DNA of 64,000 nt from Chiloscyllium plagiosum (lineage: Eukaryota): positions 5,436,093-5,500,092 of the forward strand of contig NC_057756.1 in NCBI RefSeq assembly GCF_004010195.1, written 5' to 3'. The notes under the pieces are model-generated. The model saw nothing but the letters and a program-made list of their open reading frames with translations, was not told the origin of the DNA and did no database searches. Below are positions 24,557 through 35,960 of the stretch, piece by piece (position 1 is the stretch's first letter; the number at the start of each line of letters is the position of its first letter). A program made the position numbers and the translations under genes.

Positions 24557-26074
24557 ATGTTCGGGCAGACGGCGGTCCTGCTGTCGGTGGCTCTGTTCGC
24601 CCTGATCGGCAGCTTACCCCGGCTCCTGGAGAAGGAGGTCTCCGAGTCCGAGTGTCCGGAGCCCGGCTTAGGCCCGGGGCCCTGCACCGTCCCTTTCCTG
24701 TCCCAGAACCCGCTCACCCTGCACTGCCCGGGGGCCCTGCAGCACGGGGACGACACGGTGTACTGGCAGTACCTGAACCTGAGCGCGGGCCCGGGCCCGG
24801 GGCTGGGGCTGGGGCTGGGCCAGGGGCCGGGCCCGGGGCCTGGGCGACACAGGAGGAGGCCTGGGGCTGGGGCTGGGCCTGGGCCTGGGCCTGGGGCTGG
24901 GCCTGGGCCGGGGCCGCGGGGAGCCGCAGGGCACACGGAGCTGGGGGAGCCCCGCACCTTCATTGGTCCCCGGGGGGCTCGGGCTCGGCGGGGCCCTCTG
25001 TCAGAGCTGAGCAGCCGGGCTGTCCTGAGGGCTGGGGCCCTGCTGGTCGCTCAGGCCCGGCCTGGGGACTCGGGCCTTTATGTGTGCAAGGCCGGAGCCA
25101 CGAGGCTGGCCCAGTACCGGGTGGACGTGCAGGACGCCGAGCGGCTCCATGTGTCTCACCGGGGCTTGGGCCAGGCCCCTCTCCGTAACCAGAGCGTCAG
25201 GCTGCAGCTGGAGGCCGGCCGAGGCCGCGGGGCTGGAGGCTGCCGCCTCAGGCTGTACACCCGCTGGGGACCCTGGCAGGAGTGTGACCGCTGTGGGGCC
25301 CCGGGGGAGAGGAAGAGGCTGGGTTTCTGCTGGGCCTCCCTGCAGGAGGATGAGGATGAGGAGGACGACAGGGACGAGGGGGAGGGTAGGGCTGAGGAGG
25401 AGCCCTGTGGCCTCATGCAGCTCCGCCTGGGCCAGGTCCTGCCGCGCCGAGGCCCCGAGATCCGCTACGAGATCTGTCGGAGGGAGTGTGGCTCCTCCGG
25501 GGCTGAGGAGCTGGCTGCCCAGGCCCGGGAGCTGCTGGGCTCGGGGTACTTCCTGAAGCGGGACCAGGGCCTAGGTCTGGGTCAGGCCGGCAGAGGGGAT
25601 CTCCGGGTCCCGCCAACGTGGCTGCAGCCTCGCTCCCTGCTGCTGGAGACGCTGCTGCTGGATGTATACGAGGAGGTGAGGCTGCAGTGCCCAGGTGCCT
25701 CAGTCTACACGCCGGTATCCTGGCAGCGGGACTCAGTACTGCTCACCCGCCTCGAGTTGCTCCGCTCATCGTGCAACAGGAGCCATCAGCTGGACCGGGA
25801 GACGGGCGGTGGTGTCTACACTATCGCCGGAGTGCGGCGCTCCGACCAAGGGGTGTACCGGTGCTGGGTGAGAGGCCGCCGGGCTGCTGCCTTCCACCTC
25901 GAGCTGCCTGAGCCACCGTCGTCCTTCCACGATGGCACCGGCAGCCGGCAACACCGGCTGCAGTCACGCCGCCTTCTTGGGGTCCTGCGGGCTGTCATTG
26001 GCTCCTTTGCACTGGTATTTGTGCTCAGCGCTCTGGCTGAGCTGCTGCATTCGTGCTGGTGCGAGGTGCTGTGA
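24557..26074 (+). CDS. FAM187-family Ig-like domain protein, copy 1 (505 aa, single coding exon)
   Basis: Hydrophobic leader MFGQTAVLLSVALFALIG; Ig1 (DSGLYVC); YRVDVQD..LHVSHRGLGQAPLRN; YTRWGPWQECDRCGAPGERKRLGFC; second Ig (LQCPGASVYTPVSW...DQGVYRCWV); C-terminal TM. These are FAM187A/B motifs. The ORF-track extension to 24275 is minisatellite-derived. CpG-rich. Confidence 0.9.
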   Translation: MFGQTAVLLSVALFALIGSLPRLLEKEVSESECPEPGLGPGPCTVPFLSQNPLTLHCPGALQHGDDTVYWQYLNLSAGPGPGLGLGLGQGPGPGPGRHRRRPGAGAGPGPGPGAGPGPGPRGAAGHTELGEPRTFIGPRGARARRGPLSELSSRAVLRAGALLVAQARPGDSGLYVCKAGATRLAQYRVDVQDAERLHVSHRGLGQAPLRNQSVRLQLEAGRGRGAGGCRLRLYTRWGPWQECDRCGAPGERKRLGFCWASLQEDEDEEDDRDEGEGRAEEEPCGLMQLRLGQVLPRRGPEIRYEICRRECGSSGAEELAAQARELLGSGYFLKRDQGLGLGQAGRGDLRVPPTWLQPRSLLLETLLLDVYEEVRLQCPGASVYTPVSWQRDSVLLTRLELLRSSCNRSHQLDRETGGGVYTIAGVRRSDQGVYRCWVRGRRAAAFHLELPEPPSSFHDGTGSRQHRLQSRRLLGVLRAVIGSFALVFVLSALAELLHSCWCEVL

Positions 26075-26199
26075 GGACCCCCCAGGAGATGGGAAGGGAC
26101 AGGGGAACACACACTCCCCACCTCCTTGTCATCTCACCACCCCTTCCACCTCCTCCCTCACCCCTGCAACACACCTTGACCAACCGAATGACTGAAGAT

Positions 26200-27260
26200 A
26201 ACACCCACTGAGCTGCACTGGAGATATCGAATGGCACTGGGCATGCTGCTGTTGAAATGCACTGAAAATACTGCTGCTGAAGTATATACCAGACATCAAA
26301 TTGCGCTGGGCGTACTGCCACTGAAATGCATTGGATGTGCTGCGATCAAACTGCACTGGAGACATGAAATTGCACTGGACATATGCCACAAAAATGGGTC
26401 GGAAATGCTGCTGTCAGGCTGCATTGGAGCTACTGACACTGAAATGAACTTGAGACACGAGACCACTTCAAGATGCCAGGCTGCATTGGAAATACTGCCA
26501 GTGAAGTGCAATTAAGACATGAAGCTGCACTGGACATGCTGCCATTGAAGTGCATTGGAGACACCACGTGCATTGGAGATAGGATGCATTGCAGATGCTG
26601 CCATGAAATGTATTAGAGAGAGAGAGAGAGAGAGAACTGTATTGTCCCCAAATGGTGATGGTGCTGTTGCTATTGGAATGTATTCATGACACTAAACTGC
26701 ATTGGAGATACTAACACCTAAATGCCTCCAAGAAATGGGCTGTGTTAGAGAGATCACCATTTGAAATACATTGGAGCCACCTATCTGTGCTGTGGAAGTA
26801 TTAGCAATGAGCTGCATTGGGGACAGGAAGGTGTATTTAAGACACTGAAAAGCTGAGAAATATTTGGTTTTGAGCTGCATTGAAGGCACTGATCTACCTG
26901 GGAGATACTGGTACTGAGCGGCATTGAAGATCGTGGCATCGAGCTGCACTGAAGGCTGAACTGTATTGGAGATGCTTGGACTTAGCTGCACTGACACCAG
27001 ATAGAATAAGCTGCATTTGGGGGACCCAGCTGCATCAGAGCCATTGACATTGAGTAAGACTGAGCTTTATTGGGAGCAACCCTGGTTCACTTGCGTTAGA
27101 GGGATGGTGATTGATGTACATGGAAGAATTTGAACTGTATTGGAGAGGCACTGAGATCACACTCCATTATAAACATTGATCTGGGAGACAGCGGGACTGA
27201 CTATAGTGGGAAGATTCGGAACAAGCTCAGTTTGAGCTACCAGACTTGAACTGTATTGTA
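26200..27260. repeat. Degenerate tandem repeat in the putative 3' UTR of FAM187 copy 1
   Basis: Recurring (gagc/aaa)tgcaYtggagaYa motif. Confidence 0.65.
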
Positions 27261-27585
27261 TTAACTGGTTTCTACTGTGTGATATTGTTTGGTGCAGGTA
27301 GGAGTTTTTTCAGTCTGTATTCTCTTTGAGATCTTTACCAAACCACCTTGGAGTGATTGAATTGGAATTGTCAGACCTGGTCTAACTGCCAACTGATGCA
27401 GCAGGAGTGTGCTACCACAGTCACCTTGGGCCGGCTACATGAATGACAGCAGTGATATCCGAGTTACTTTGGTGAGCGAGAGATGGAAATATGTTTGAGG
27501 TCCCTGGATGTGCTCTACTGGGAGACTGAGTTGGAATGAATTTTTTCTTGAACAATCAGGTAGAGCTTCACTGATTTTTATATAA

Positions 27586-27591
27586 AATAAA
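27586..27591 (+). terminator. Candidate polyadenylation signal for FAM187 copy 1
   Basis: First clear AATAAA seen downstream of the stop at 26074. Confidence 0.4.
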
Positions 27592-28174
27592 ACAGGACCT
27601 GGCAGGGGATCTCCACCAGCTAACTGGATGGAGAGCCATTACCAGCCTGTGGTAACTTTATAAAATTAAAATATCTAGTCCATATACTTCTGGATATGTC
27701 TGAGTTCTTATCTACCATCTATCTGTAGACTGCACATACAAAAGTGTCTGGTGCTGGTGTAAGTGTGCCATTTCCCCAACAGCAAAACTTTGGGACCAAT
27801 TTATTTTAAATTAGTTCACCTCTTTATTGAATATCTAATACCCGCTTTCCACTTCCTTTAATATCCAAACAATCTTTTAAAATCGATAGACGTGATGACT
27901 TGCGGCAGCAAATTCTACATTTCTGGTTGGAGAACCGGGCTAGCTTTCATTCTGGCAATCACCAATGAATTTCATTGTTCATCTTAAAATGTATCCCACT
28001 GTGCCATCTCGTTGACCAGTAGGTACTTTGCATTATTCATCTTAAACTGCTCTTAACCTCTGGGCTGTCTTCTCAGGTACGCTACGTTTTATTTTAAAAA
28101 TACTCAAAATTGTTGATTCTCTTTTCATAATTGCTACCTGCCCTCCTAGAATTCATAGAAAGTTAACAAGAAGT

Positions 28175-28495
28175 TCATAGAATCCCGACAGTGTGGAAGC
28201 AAGCCATTTGGCCCATGGAGTTCACTGCCAACCCTTCAAAGGGCAAGCCACGTAGCCCTAATCTACCCTGCCCCTGCATTTCCCATGGCTAATCCATCTA
28301 GCCTGCACATCCCTGGGCAATTTAACATGGTCAATCCACCCTAACCTGCAGGTCTTTGGACTGTGGGAGGAAGCCCACACAGGCATAGGGAAAATATGCA
28401 AACTCCACACAGGCAGTCATCCAAGGGTGGAGTCAAACCCTGGTCCCTGGCCGGATGAGGCAGCGGTGCTAACCACAGAGCCACCGTTCTGCCCT
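28175..28495 (-). mobile_element. Diverged HE1-type SINE
   Basis: Reverse complement of the V-domain (tgcaaactccacaca) and head (gtgctaaccac..agccacc). Confidence 0.75.
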
Positions 28496-30479
28496 AAATT
28501 AATGTTGCACCTTTTTCACCATATATGCATGCTGCTTCCCTGGGTAGGTAGTCCCAGTACAAGATTGTTGTCTTCAACTCTGTTCTATGGAGTCGTTCAT
28601 TGTGAGCTTTTCTGCATAGTGTCCTGCTTGAGAGCGAGCTGCCTATTGCTGCACTCCATTTTACAGGCCATATTTGACTCTTTTATACCTGGCAGCCATT
28701 CAATGCTATTGGGATATGAGGCTGGGAAAGAAACTGGTCTTGGACCTGATGACATAAATCTGGCACAGGAGTCCGTAACGCTAAGGCAAAATTCTCTGCA
28801 TGACTGTACAGCTTCCTGTCCCCATGGTCTCCAAGCAGCCTGTTCGACAAATCACACTTGGTAGGCAGTCTGATTTGCTTCCCACCAGGATTTGGTGCAT
28901 TGTTTTCCTAAACCCACCTTTTAAAAAATTATTTCATCTTGGTACGTGGTAGATTTATGCCGATCCTTAATTGCCCTGAGGGAAGTTACAAGTCCACATT
29001 TCTGTGGGTCTGGAGTCACATGAAGATCCAGACTGGGTAAGGATGACAAATTGCCTTCTCCGAAAGGTCTTAGTGATCAAAGATGTGTTTTTAATGATTG
29101 ACAGTGGCTACATGGTCTCCATTGGGGCTAACCTTTTATTTCAAATTGTTAATGAATTCAAATTTCACCACCTTTCTCAGGATTCAAATCCATGTCCAGG
29201 ACAGTAGTCAGGGTTCTGGATTACTTGCCCAGTGGCTTATCTCATTCTTCATGCTCCAGGCAGTACTCTTTGATTCCAAGGGATAGCTACTCCAACCCCA
29301 ACCCTGCACTTAGTTTTCATTACCACAATTAGAATTGCATTTAAAATAGCTGAGCCAGGTTTACTTCCAACCCATAAAGTCTAGGAGTCAGTATTAGAAC
29401 AGCTAAACTTGGAATTACTGGAAATAAGCAGCATCTGTGACCCTCTCTTATTCCTCTACCAGTTGTCCCTTTGGATCTTTGCCAAGTCTTTCTCAAACCT
29501 CCTGTAATCTTAGTTTTCAGCCATTTTCCATCCAAACAACTCAGCTACGACTTCTGCTGAAGTGAATGCTCCATTTCTAACACTCTTACCAACCTGTGAG
29601 GTTATAATGGTGATTGTCGAATTGGTAACCAGAATCTTTCTGAACTCCTTTTACCCACTTGGAGACTTCAGCAGAAAGGGAGTCTGCGTTGAGAGCTGTT
29701 GGGCATGACTTAATGTTTTCGATTATAAAGAAACCAGGAGAAATTTGGTTTGGAAAATCAGAAGCTGGGCTGGTGGTAGAAAAAATGTTGATACAAGCTG
29801 TGTCAGGAATTGAAGGGGCCCAGAGGTGACTATGGTGGCTGCGTTCCAAACTGTGACATTTTCTTATCTAGTACTTCCACGTGTCTCTCTCTCTTTCTCA
29901 GAAGTGCTGCTTTGAAACCTGACCTCTTGCCCAAGGGTTTGTGTCATTGGGGTCAGCTTGCGACTGTTTCACCTGCCAACCATCAAGGCGCATTTTCACA
30001 TCACTGCCGGCTGTGGTTGTTGCAGGAGCATTCAGTTGGAATGAGGCAGGTACTTATGGGAGGAGTGGGGAATTGGAGGAAATCCATGTGTCCATGAGGA
30101 GGAGCACTGGCGTATAAATACACACTGTGTGATGACGGAAGCTGGATTGAAAGCCAACAAGGCATGTGTGAAGGTGGCAGACACACAGTGACAGCTTCAC
30201 TGGGGCTGAAAATAGAAACAGCAGTTGAGGGAAGCAGGTGAATGTTAAAACAGCTAGTTATTTTATTAAACGAAAAACTGAGCATGCTGACTGAACCATA
30301 AGTTATTTTAGTAAACAGCTAGTTATTAAACTAATGGAATCAGCAGAAATACTGAGCATGCTGACTGAACCATATGTTAATCTTAAAATCCAAAAAAAAA
30401 CAACAAAAGAGGCTTCAAACTGTGCCCTGTTCTATATATCAAAATAACTCTTAACCCCTCAAATTCTCTGCAACACACT

Positions 30480-30995
30480 CCTGAGCATCTGTTTTTCTAT
30501 ATCTAAACCACCCCAAACCCCTTAATTAGATTCCATTCTGTAACTCCCTCTCGGGGTATCTGTTATTCTATATCTAAACCACCCCAAACTCCTTAAATTA
30601 GATTCCAGTCTGTAACTCCCTCTTGGGGTATCTGTTATTCTATATCTAAACCACCCCAAACCCCTTAATTAGATTCCAGTCTGTAACTCCCTCTCGGGGT
30701 ATCTGTTATTCTATATCTAAACCACCCCAAACCCCTTAAATTAGATTCCATTCTGTAACTCCCTCTTGGGGTATCTGTTATTCTGTATATAAATCACCCC
30801 GAACCCCTCGATTAGATTCCAGTCTGTAATTTCCTCCCGGGTATCTGTTATTCTGTATATAAACCACCCCGAACCCCTCGATTAGATTCCAGTCTGTAAC
30901 TCCCTCCCCGGGGTATCTGTTATTCTGTATATAAACCACCCCGAACCCCTCGATTAGATTCCAGTCTGTAACTCCCTCCTGGGTAGCTGTGTTCT
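30480..30995. repeat. About 70-bp minisatellite upstream of FAM187 copy 2
   Basis: ttattctRtatMtaaaccaccccRaacccct..attagattccagtctgtaactccctc..gggtatctg, about 7 copies. Confidence 0.93.
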
Positions 30996-31403
30996 GGATG
31001 TGTAATTCCTGAGGATTGCAATTGCAAGTGTGGGCCTGAATCTGATGTCTCATTTCAGCTACAAAGACCTGTTGTAATTCACTGACTGCGTTGGTGTGGA
31101 GTTTACTGAGAGGTTTGGATTTATTTGAGGTGAATGTATTCTCAGGCTGTATCTTGAGGCTGGACAAAGTGACTGTGGATCTCTCTGGCTGTGCAGAGTA
31201 GAGCCTGCCAGTGAATGTCCGATGTTGTAACAAACAGCTGATGGTCAGGAGATTGTTCACCTCACTGCTGTCCCCATGGCGATGTACAGAATGGGGCAGG
31301 TTGGGGGGTGGGGAGGGCAGGAAGGTGTGTGGGGTGGTCTGGTCTGTTTTCTGAGCTGGACGACCCAGGGCAAAGCCTGTGACCAAGACGTGGGTGCTCC
31401 ATC

Positions 31404-32597
31404 ATGTTGGTACACTGGCCTGTCCTGGTTACCCTGCTGTGGTTTAGTTGTTGGCAGGTTGTGTCGTTGGGGACAGCAATATCCTGTTCTCGTCACCGGC
31501 TCTGCCAAATTGCTTTGGTCAGCAGTAACCCAGTGCTGTTGGTCTGTGTGGATTGGCCGAGACAGGAGGGAGAACTCTCCTGGTTTTACATGAACAGCTC
31601 AGAGCCAGAGTCCGGGCAGGTCCGTCTGTTGGCATCCAACCAGATCCAAGGAGCTGGCTGGGACCTGCAGAGCGATGGTCTCCTCCTCCTCCACTCACCC
31701 ACCATCTGGGACTCTGGCATTTACCTGTGCCGTGCAGGGGCCAAGACTCTGACGTATTATGAGGTGGACGTGCAGGATGTGAAGCAGCTCCACCTGTCTG
31801 GGGGGTTGCAGGGTGGGACAGTACTTCCCAACCTCAGGGCGGAGGTCGGGGGGCAGGGTGTTTACATGTTCACTGTCTGGAGCCCCTGGGGGCGCTGTGA
31901 CCACTGTGGTGTCCCAGGATACAGGAGACGCCTGGGTTTCTGCTATGCCCAATCATCAAGTAAGGCTGAGGACCCCATGCCATGTGGCCTGCTGTCTCTG
32001 GGGCCACAGAAGCTGCCCCCCCGTGGCCCCGAGCTTTCCCTTGAAGCCTGCCATGTCCCCTGTCAGTCCCCTTCCGTGGCCCAGGTCCACCACCGCCACT
32101 TAGTCCCAGGTGGCCCTTTGGTATTAGACAATGACAACCGGGTCCTCCTCTTCGAGACTTACCTGGTCAATGTTCACAGCAAAGTGACATTCCACTGCCC
32201 GGACTCCTCCATCTACAGCCCAGCGACCTGGCAAAGAGAGCTTACCCAGCAGAGGACCAGAACGAGGCATCCGAGGACCAGCAGGGGCCTGTCCCAGCAA
32301 ATGGAGGGCAGCCACTCTCTGGACCAAGCCATAGGCAGCAGCACCTATACCATCCAGGATGTAGAGATTGCAGATGAAGGAATCTACAGGTGCTTTATCT
32401 CTGACAGACTGGCTGCCTCCTTCCACCTCAAAGTCTTCCGACCATTCAGGAGGAGGATGATCGTTGCCCACCGTACCATGGCACTGATCTGGTACATCCT
32501 GCTATCCCTCGGCGTGGTTTCGCTGCTCTTGGTGATGTTAACCTTCTTGTACGCTTTCTGCAGTTACACCCGCCGTCACCAGCTTATCCAGTGGTAA
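31404..32597 (+). CDS. FAM187-family Ig-like domain protein, copy 2 (FAM187B-like, 397 aa, single coding exon)
   Basis: Signal peptide; [23 protein letters not shown] resembles FAM187B [75 protein letters not shown]; second Ig (DEGIYRC); C-terminal TM. Confidence 0.92.
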   Translation: [397 protein letters not shown]

Positions 32598-32909
32598 GCA
32601 ATGTGGTGACCAGAGAGAAGATAACCCTTGGTAGGGAGTTCCTCTGGGCAGAGGGTGAGAGCGTTTACACCCACTGGAATTATTACTGCAGACAGTGAGA
32701 GAATGGCAAAGATTGTCCGGCCCCTGCTGTTTTCTGCCGGTGCCAGGGAAATGCAGAAGGTAATGGGAGACAAAGTGTTGGCTCTAACCTGCATCAATCG
32801 TTTCACAAAGGCCATTTGAAATGTTTCATTCCCTTTATTCAAATTAAACTTCAAAGCTCAGGAAAGCAATTATTAGAAATTGTGATAAAGTGATCTTTTC
32901 TCTTTTAAT

Positions 32910-32915
32910 AATAAA
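32910..32915 (+). terminator. Candidate polyadenylation signal for FAM187 copy 2
   Basis: AATAAA about 310 bp after the stop, followed by a GT-rich tract (gttctgttgtgttt). Confidence 0.6.
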
Positions 32916-33589
32916 GGTTTACACACAAACAGTGATGTTCTGTTGTGTTTATGCCCTCAAATTCCACAATCCATTTCCTCCTTCTTTGTATTTATTAAGA
33001 AGTTTGACAGCTGATTGTTTAAAGATTTGATCAAACCGTCGAATATACAGTGAGTAGTCAGGGGGAGGGAGGGAGGTATTAGTTCAACAGTGGACATGAC
33101 AACATTCCACACTAGCCCTTTTAGAGAATTAGAGTTTTTACAGCACAGAGACAGGCCCTTCAGCTCATAGAATTCCCACTAGTCATCAAGTTTCTATCTA
33201 ATCACATTTTCCATCACTTAACCTGTACACCATACCAGTTCAAGTTCCTATCCAAATACTTCTTCAATATCCTACTACCTCTCTGGGTAAAGAAAACCTT
33301 CCTCACATCCTCTCTAAACCAGCTGCCACTTACCTCAGAACTACCCCCTCTCCTAACGTGGGAAAATATCTCCCTATCTACTCTGTACCTCAAACAGAAC
33401 CTGCCCCACCCCAACACACAGTACGTACTCCAGGAATGAATCAACCGTTCTATTGTTAAGCCGTTTACTATGGAGAGGACAGAAAGGATACCTTGAAGAC
33501 AGAGAGCAGTAGTGAAAAACAACTGGGGTGGATTCTGAGAGGAGAAAGGTTATTCAATGTAAACTGAGATGGAGGTCTCATAGGACCTA

Positions 33590-35095
33590 GGGGTCAAAGA
33601 TATTGAAAATTTAGTCAAAAAGGACAAATGTGTAAGGTTTGGGAAATTGAAATCGGACAAGGTCCTTGAGGAAGCAGGAAAGAAAGATTTGGAAGGGCTA
33701 AAGATGGCTATGAATTGTCCTTGGCAAGTTGGATTAAGGAAAATCCCAAGACATATATATCAGGAACAAGAGGGTAATTAGGGAAAGATAGGTCCACACA
33801 CGAAATGAGGGTCTTTATACATGAAGCCAGAGGAAGTGTGTAGGGTCCTTAATGAGTACTTCACACCAGCATTCACCAAGGAGAAGGACATGAATGATGG
33901 TAAGAATAGGGCATTTCGATATTAAGATGGAGGAGATATTATATGAAAGGTAGGTAAGTCCCCAGGGCCTGATGGGATCTATCCCAGGATATAGACAGGA
34001 GCAAGGAAAGAGATTGCTGGGGCCTTGACAGAGATCTTTGTATCATCTGGAGCCATTGGAGGTGCCAGTAAAGTGTAGAATAGACAATATTGTTCCTTTG
34101 TGTAAGAAGGGCAATGGTAAATTATAGACCCAGTATCAGTGGAAGGGAAATTATTGGAAAAGGTTCTTAAGCACAGGATTTACTCATATTTGAAAAAGAA
34201 AGGACTTTTTAGGGCTTAAATTTGAGTTGATTCTAATTTTTTTTCTATTTTTAAATTTGAGTTCATTGAGGTGACAATGAATGATAAGGTTAGGGCAGTT
34301 GATTAGATGGGCCAATGGGCTGAGAAGTCGCAGTTGGAGTTTAGTTCAGATAAATGCGAGGTGCTGCATTTTGGGAAAGCAAATCTTAGCAGGACTTATA
34401 CACGTAATGGTAAGGTCCTAGGGAGTTTTGCTGAACAAAGACCTTGGAGTGCAGGTTCATAGCTCCTTGAAAGTGGAGTCGCAGGTAGATAGGATAGTGA
34501 AGGCAGCATTTGGTATGCTTTCCTTTATTGGTCAGAGTATTGAGTACAGGAGTTGGGAGGTCATGTTGCGGCTGTACAGGACATTGGTTAGGCCACTGTT
34601 GGAATATTGCATGCAATTCTGGTCTCCTTCCTATCGGAAAGATGTTGTGAAACTGGTTTAGGGTGAGGGGGGAAAGATATAAAAGAGACCTAAGGGGCAA
34701 CTTTTTCACGCAGAGGGTAGTACGTGTATGGAATGAGCTGCCAAAGGAAGTGGTGGAGGCTGGTACAATTGCAACATTTAAAAGGCCCCTGGATGGGTAT
34801 ATGAATAGGAAGGGTTTGGAGGGATATGGGCCGGGTGCTGGCAGGTGGGACTAGATTGACTTGGGATATCTGGTCAACATGGACGAGTTGGACCGAAGGG
34901 TATGTTTCCATGCTGTATACATCTCTATGACTTTATGAAAGCATTTAACAAGGTCCATCATGGCAAGCTGGTCCTGAAGACTGAATCACGTGGAATCCAT
35001 GGTGAGTTGTTACATTGGATACAAATTGCTTGGTTGTAGAAGACAGGGTGGTTGTAGAACAGTGTCTTCCTGACTGGAGATCTGTGACCACTGGT
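33590..35095 (+). mobile_element. Old CR1 with a younger CR1 3' fragment (about 34305-34935) nested inside
   Basis: KSPGPDGIYPR-like remnants; DLGVQVH..LK, LYRTLVRPLLEYC and FFTQRVVRVWN. Confidence 0.85.
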
Positions 35096-35502
35096 GTTTT
35101 TCTACTGAAAAGTGGCAACAGTTTCTTGGTCATCGTGGGACTCTTATTACCAGATTTTCGATTGAATTCAAATCTCAAGACAGAAATTATCTGCCTTGGT
35201 GGGATTCAAACCAGGGTTACCAGGACATGACCTGGGTCTCTGGATTAATAGTCCAGCGGTAGTGTCGTTAGACCATCGCCTCCCTTGAGGTGATTATGGG
35301 AAAAGGAAGGAATTAGATTGGAATGACTATTTCAATTTGTGAATTTACACAAGGGATCAAGTTGGATAAAGTATTTCTTCTGGAAAACCAATCAATACAA
35401 TTAGCTCTGCAATACAGTGTACACTGGGTAAATGTGAAAGTCAGAACTCGCTTCTGCTGTGTTGCCTTGGAAAATCATCTGTGTTTCTGAAGTCTCTTCG
35501 AA

Positions 35503-35630
35503 TTATTGTTGGTCATCCCCAAGGAAACACCATGCCCAATCGTGGCAACATCCAAGAATCACAGGGAACCACAGCATTGCCATAGTGACCCAGGCTGTAC
35601 TTTGCCAGGAAGTTGCACCATTAAATTCTC
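35503..35630 (-). CDS. ZP-domain gene: probable last coding exon (membrane anchor)
   Basis: tttttaccaacag acceptor, phase 1. (G)EFNGATSWQSTAWVTMAMLWFPVILGCCHDWAWCFLGDDQQ* gives a hydrophobic GPI/TM-like tail. Confidence 0.7.
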
Positions 35631-35872
35631 CTGTTGGTAAAAACACACACCAGGAATGAGATATTATGCAGGGTTATAGGGATAGGGTAGGGGTTGGGCG
35701 GGGGTGGGGTGAGGGTGGAGGTGAGGTTTGTGCACAGAAGAGTGCAATTGGACTAAGATGTGATGCCTGTATGGCTGATTACCCATGAGGTTAGGATTGG
35801 TGGTGGTGTATTTTATCTCAGACAGGAAGGGAATAAAAGTAAATAATATCTCACTGAAAGAGAGCACTGTAC

Positions 35873-35960
35873 CTTTATCATGGGACTTTAACTGGAAAGG
35901 ACCAATAGTGTGAATGCTCCCATTGTTGTGGCTTCCACTGGCTCTTCTTTGGAGGCATTC
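35873..35960 (-). CDS. ZP-domain gene: cleavage-site / external hydrophobic patch exon
   Basis: ctgtag acceptor, G|gtacag donor. ECLQRRASGSHNNGSIHTIGPFQLKSHDK: last ZP cysteine, basic pair and EHP-like IGPF. Confidence 0.82.
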
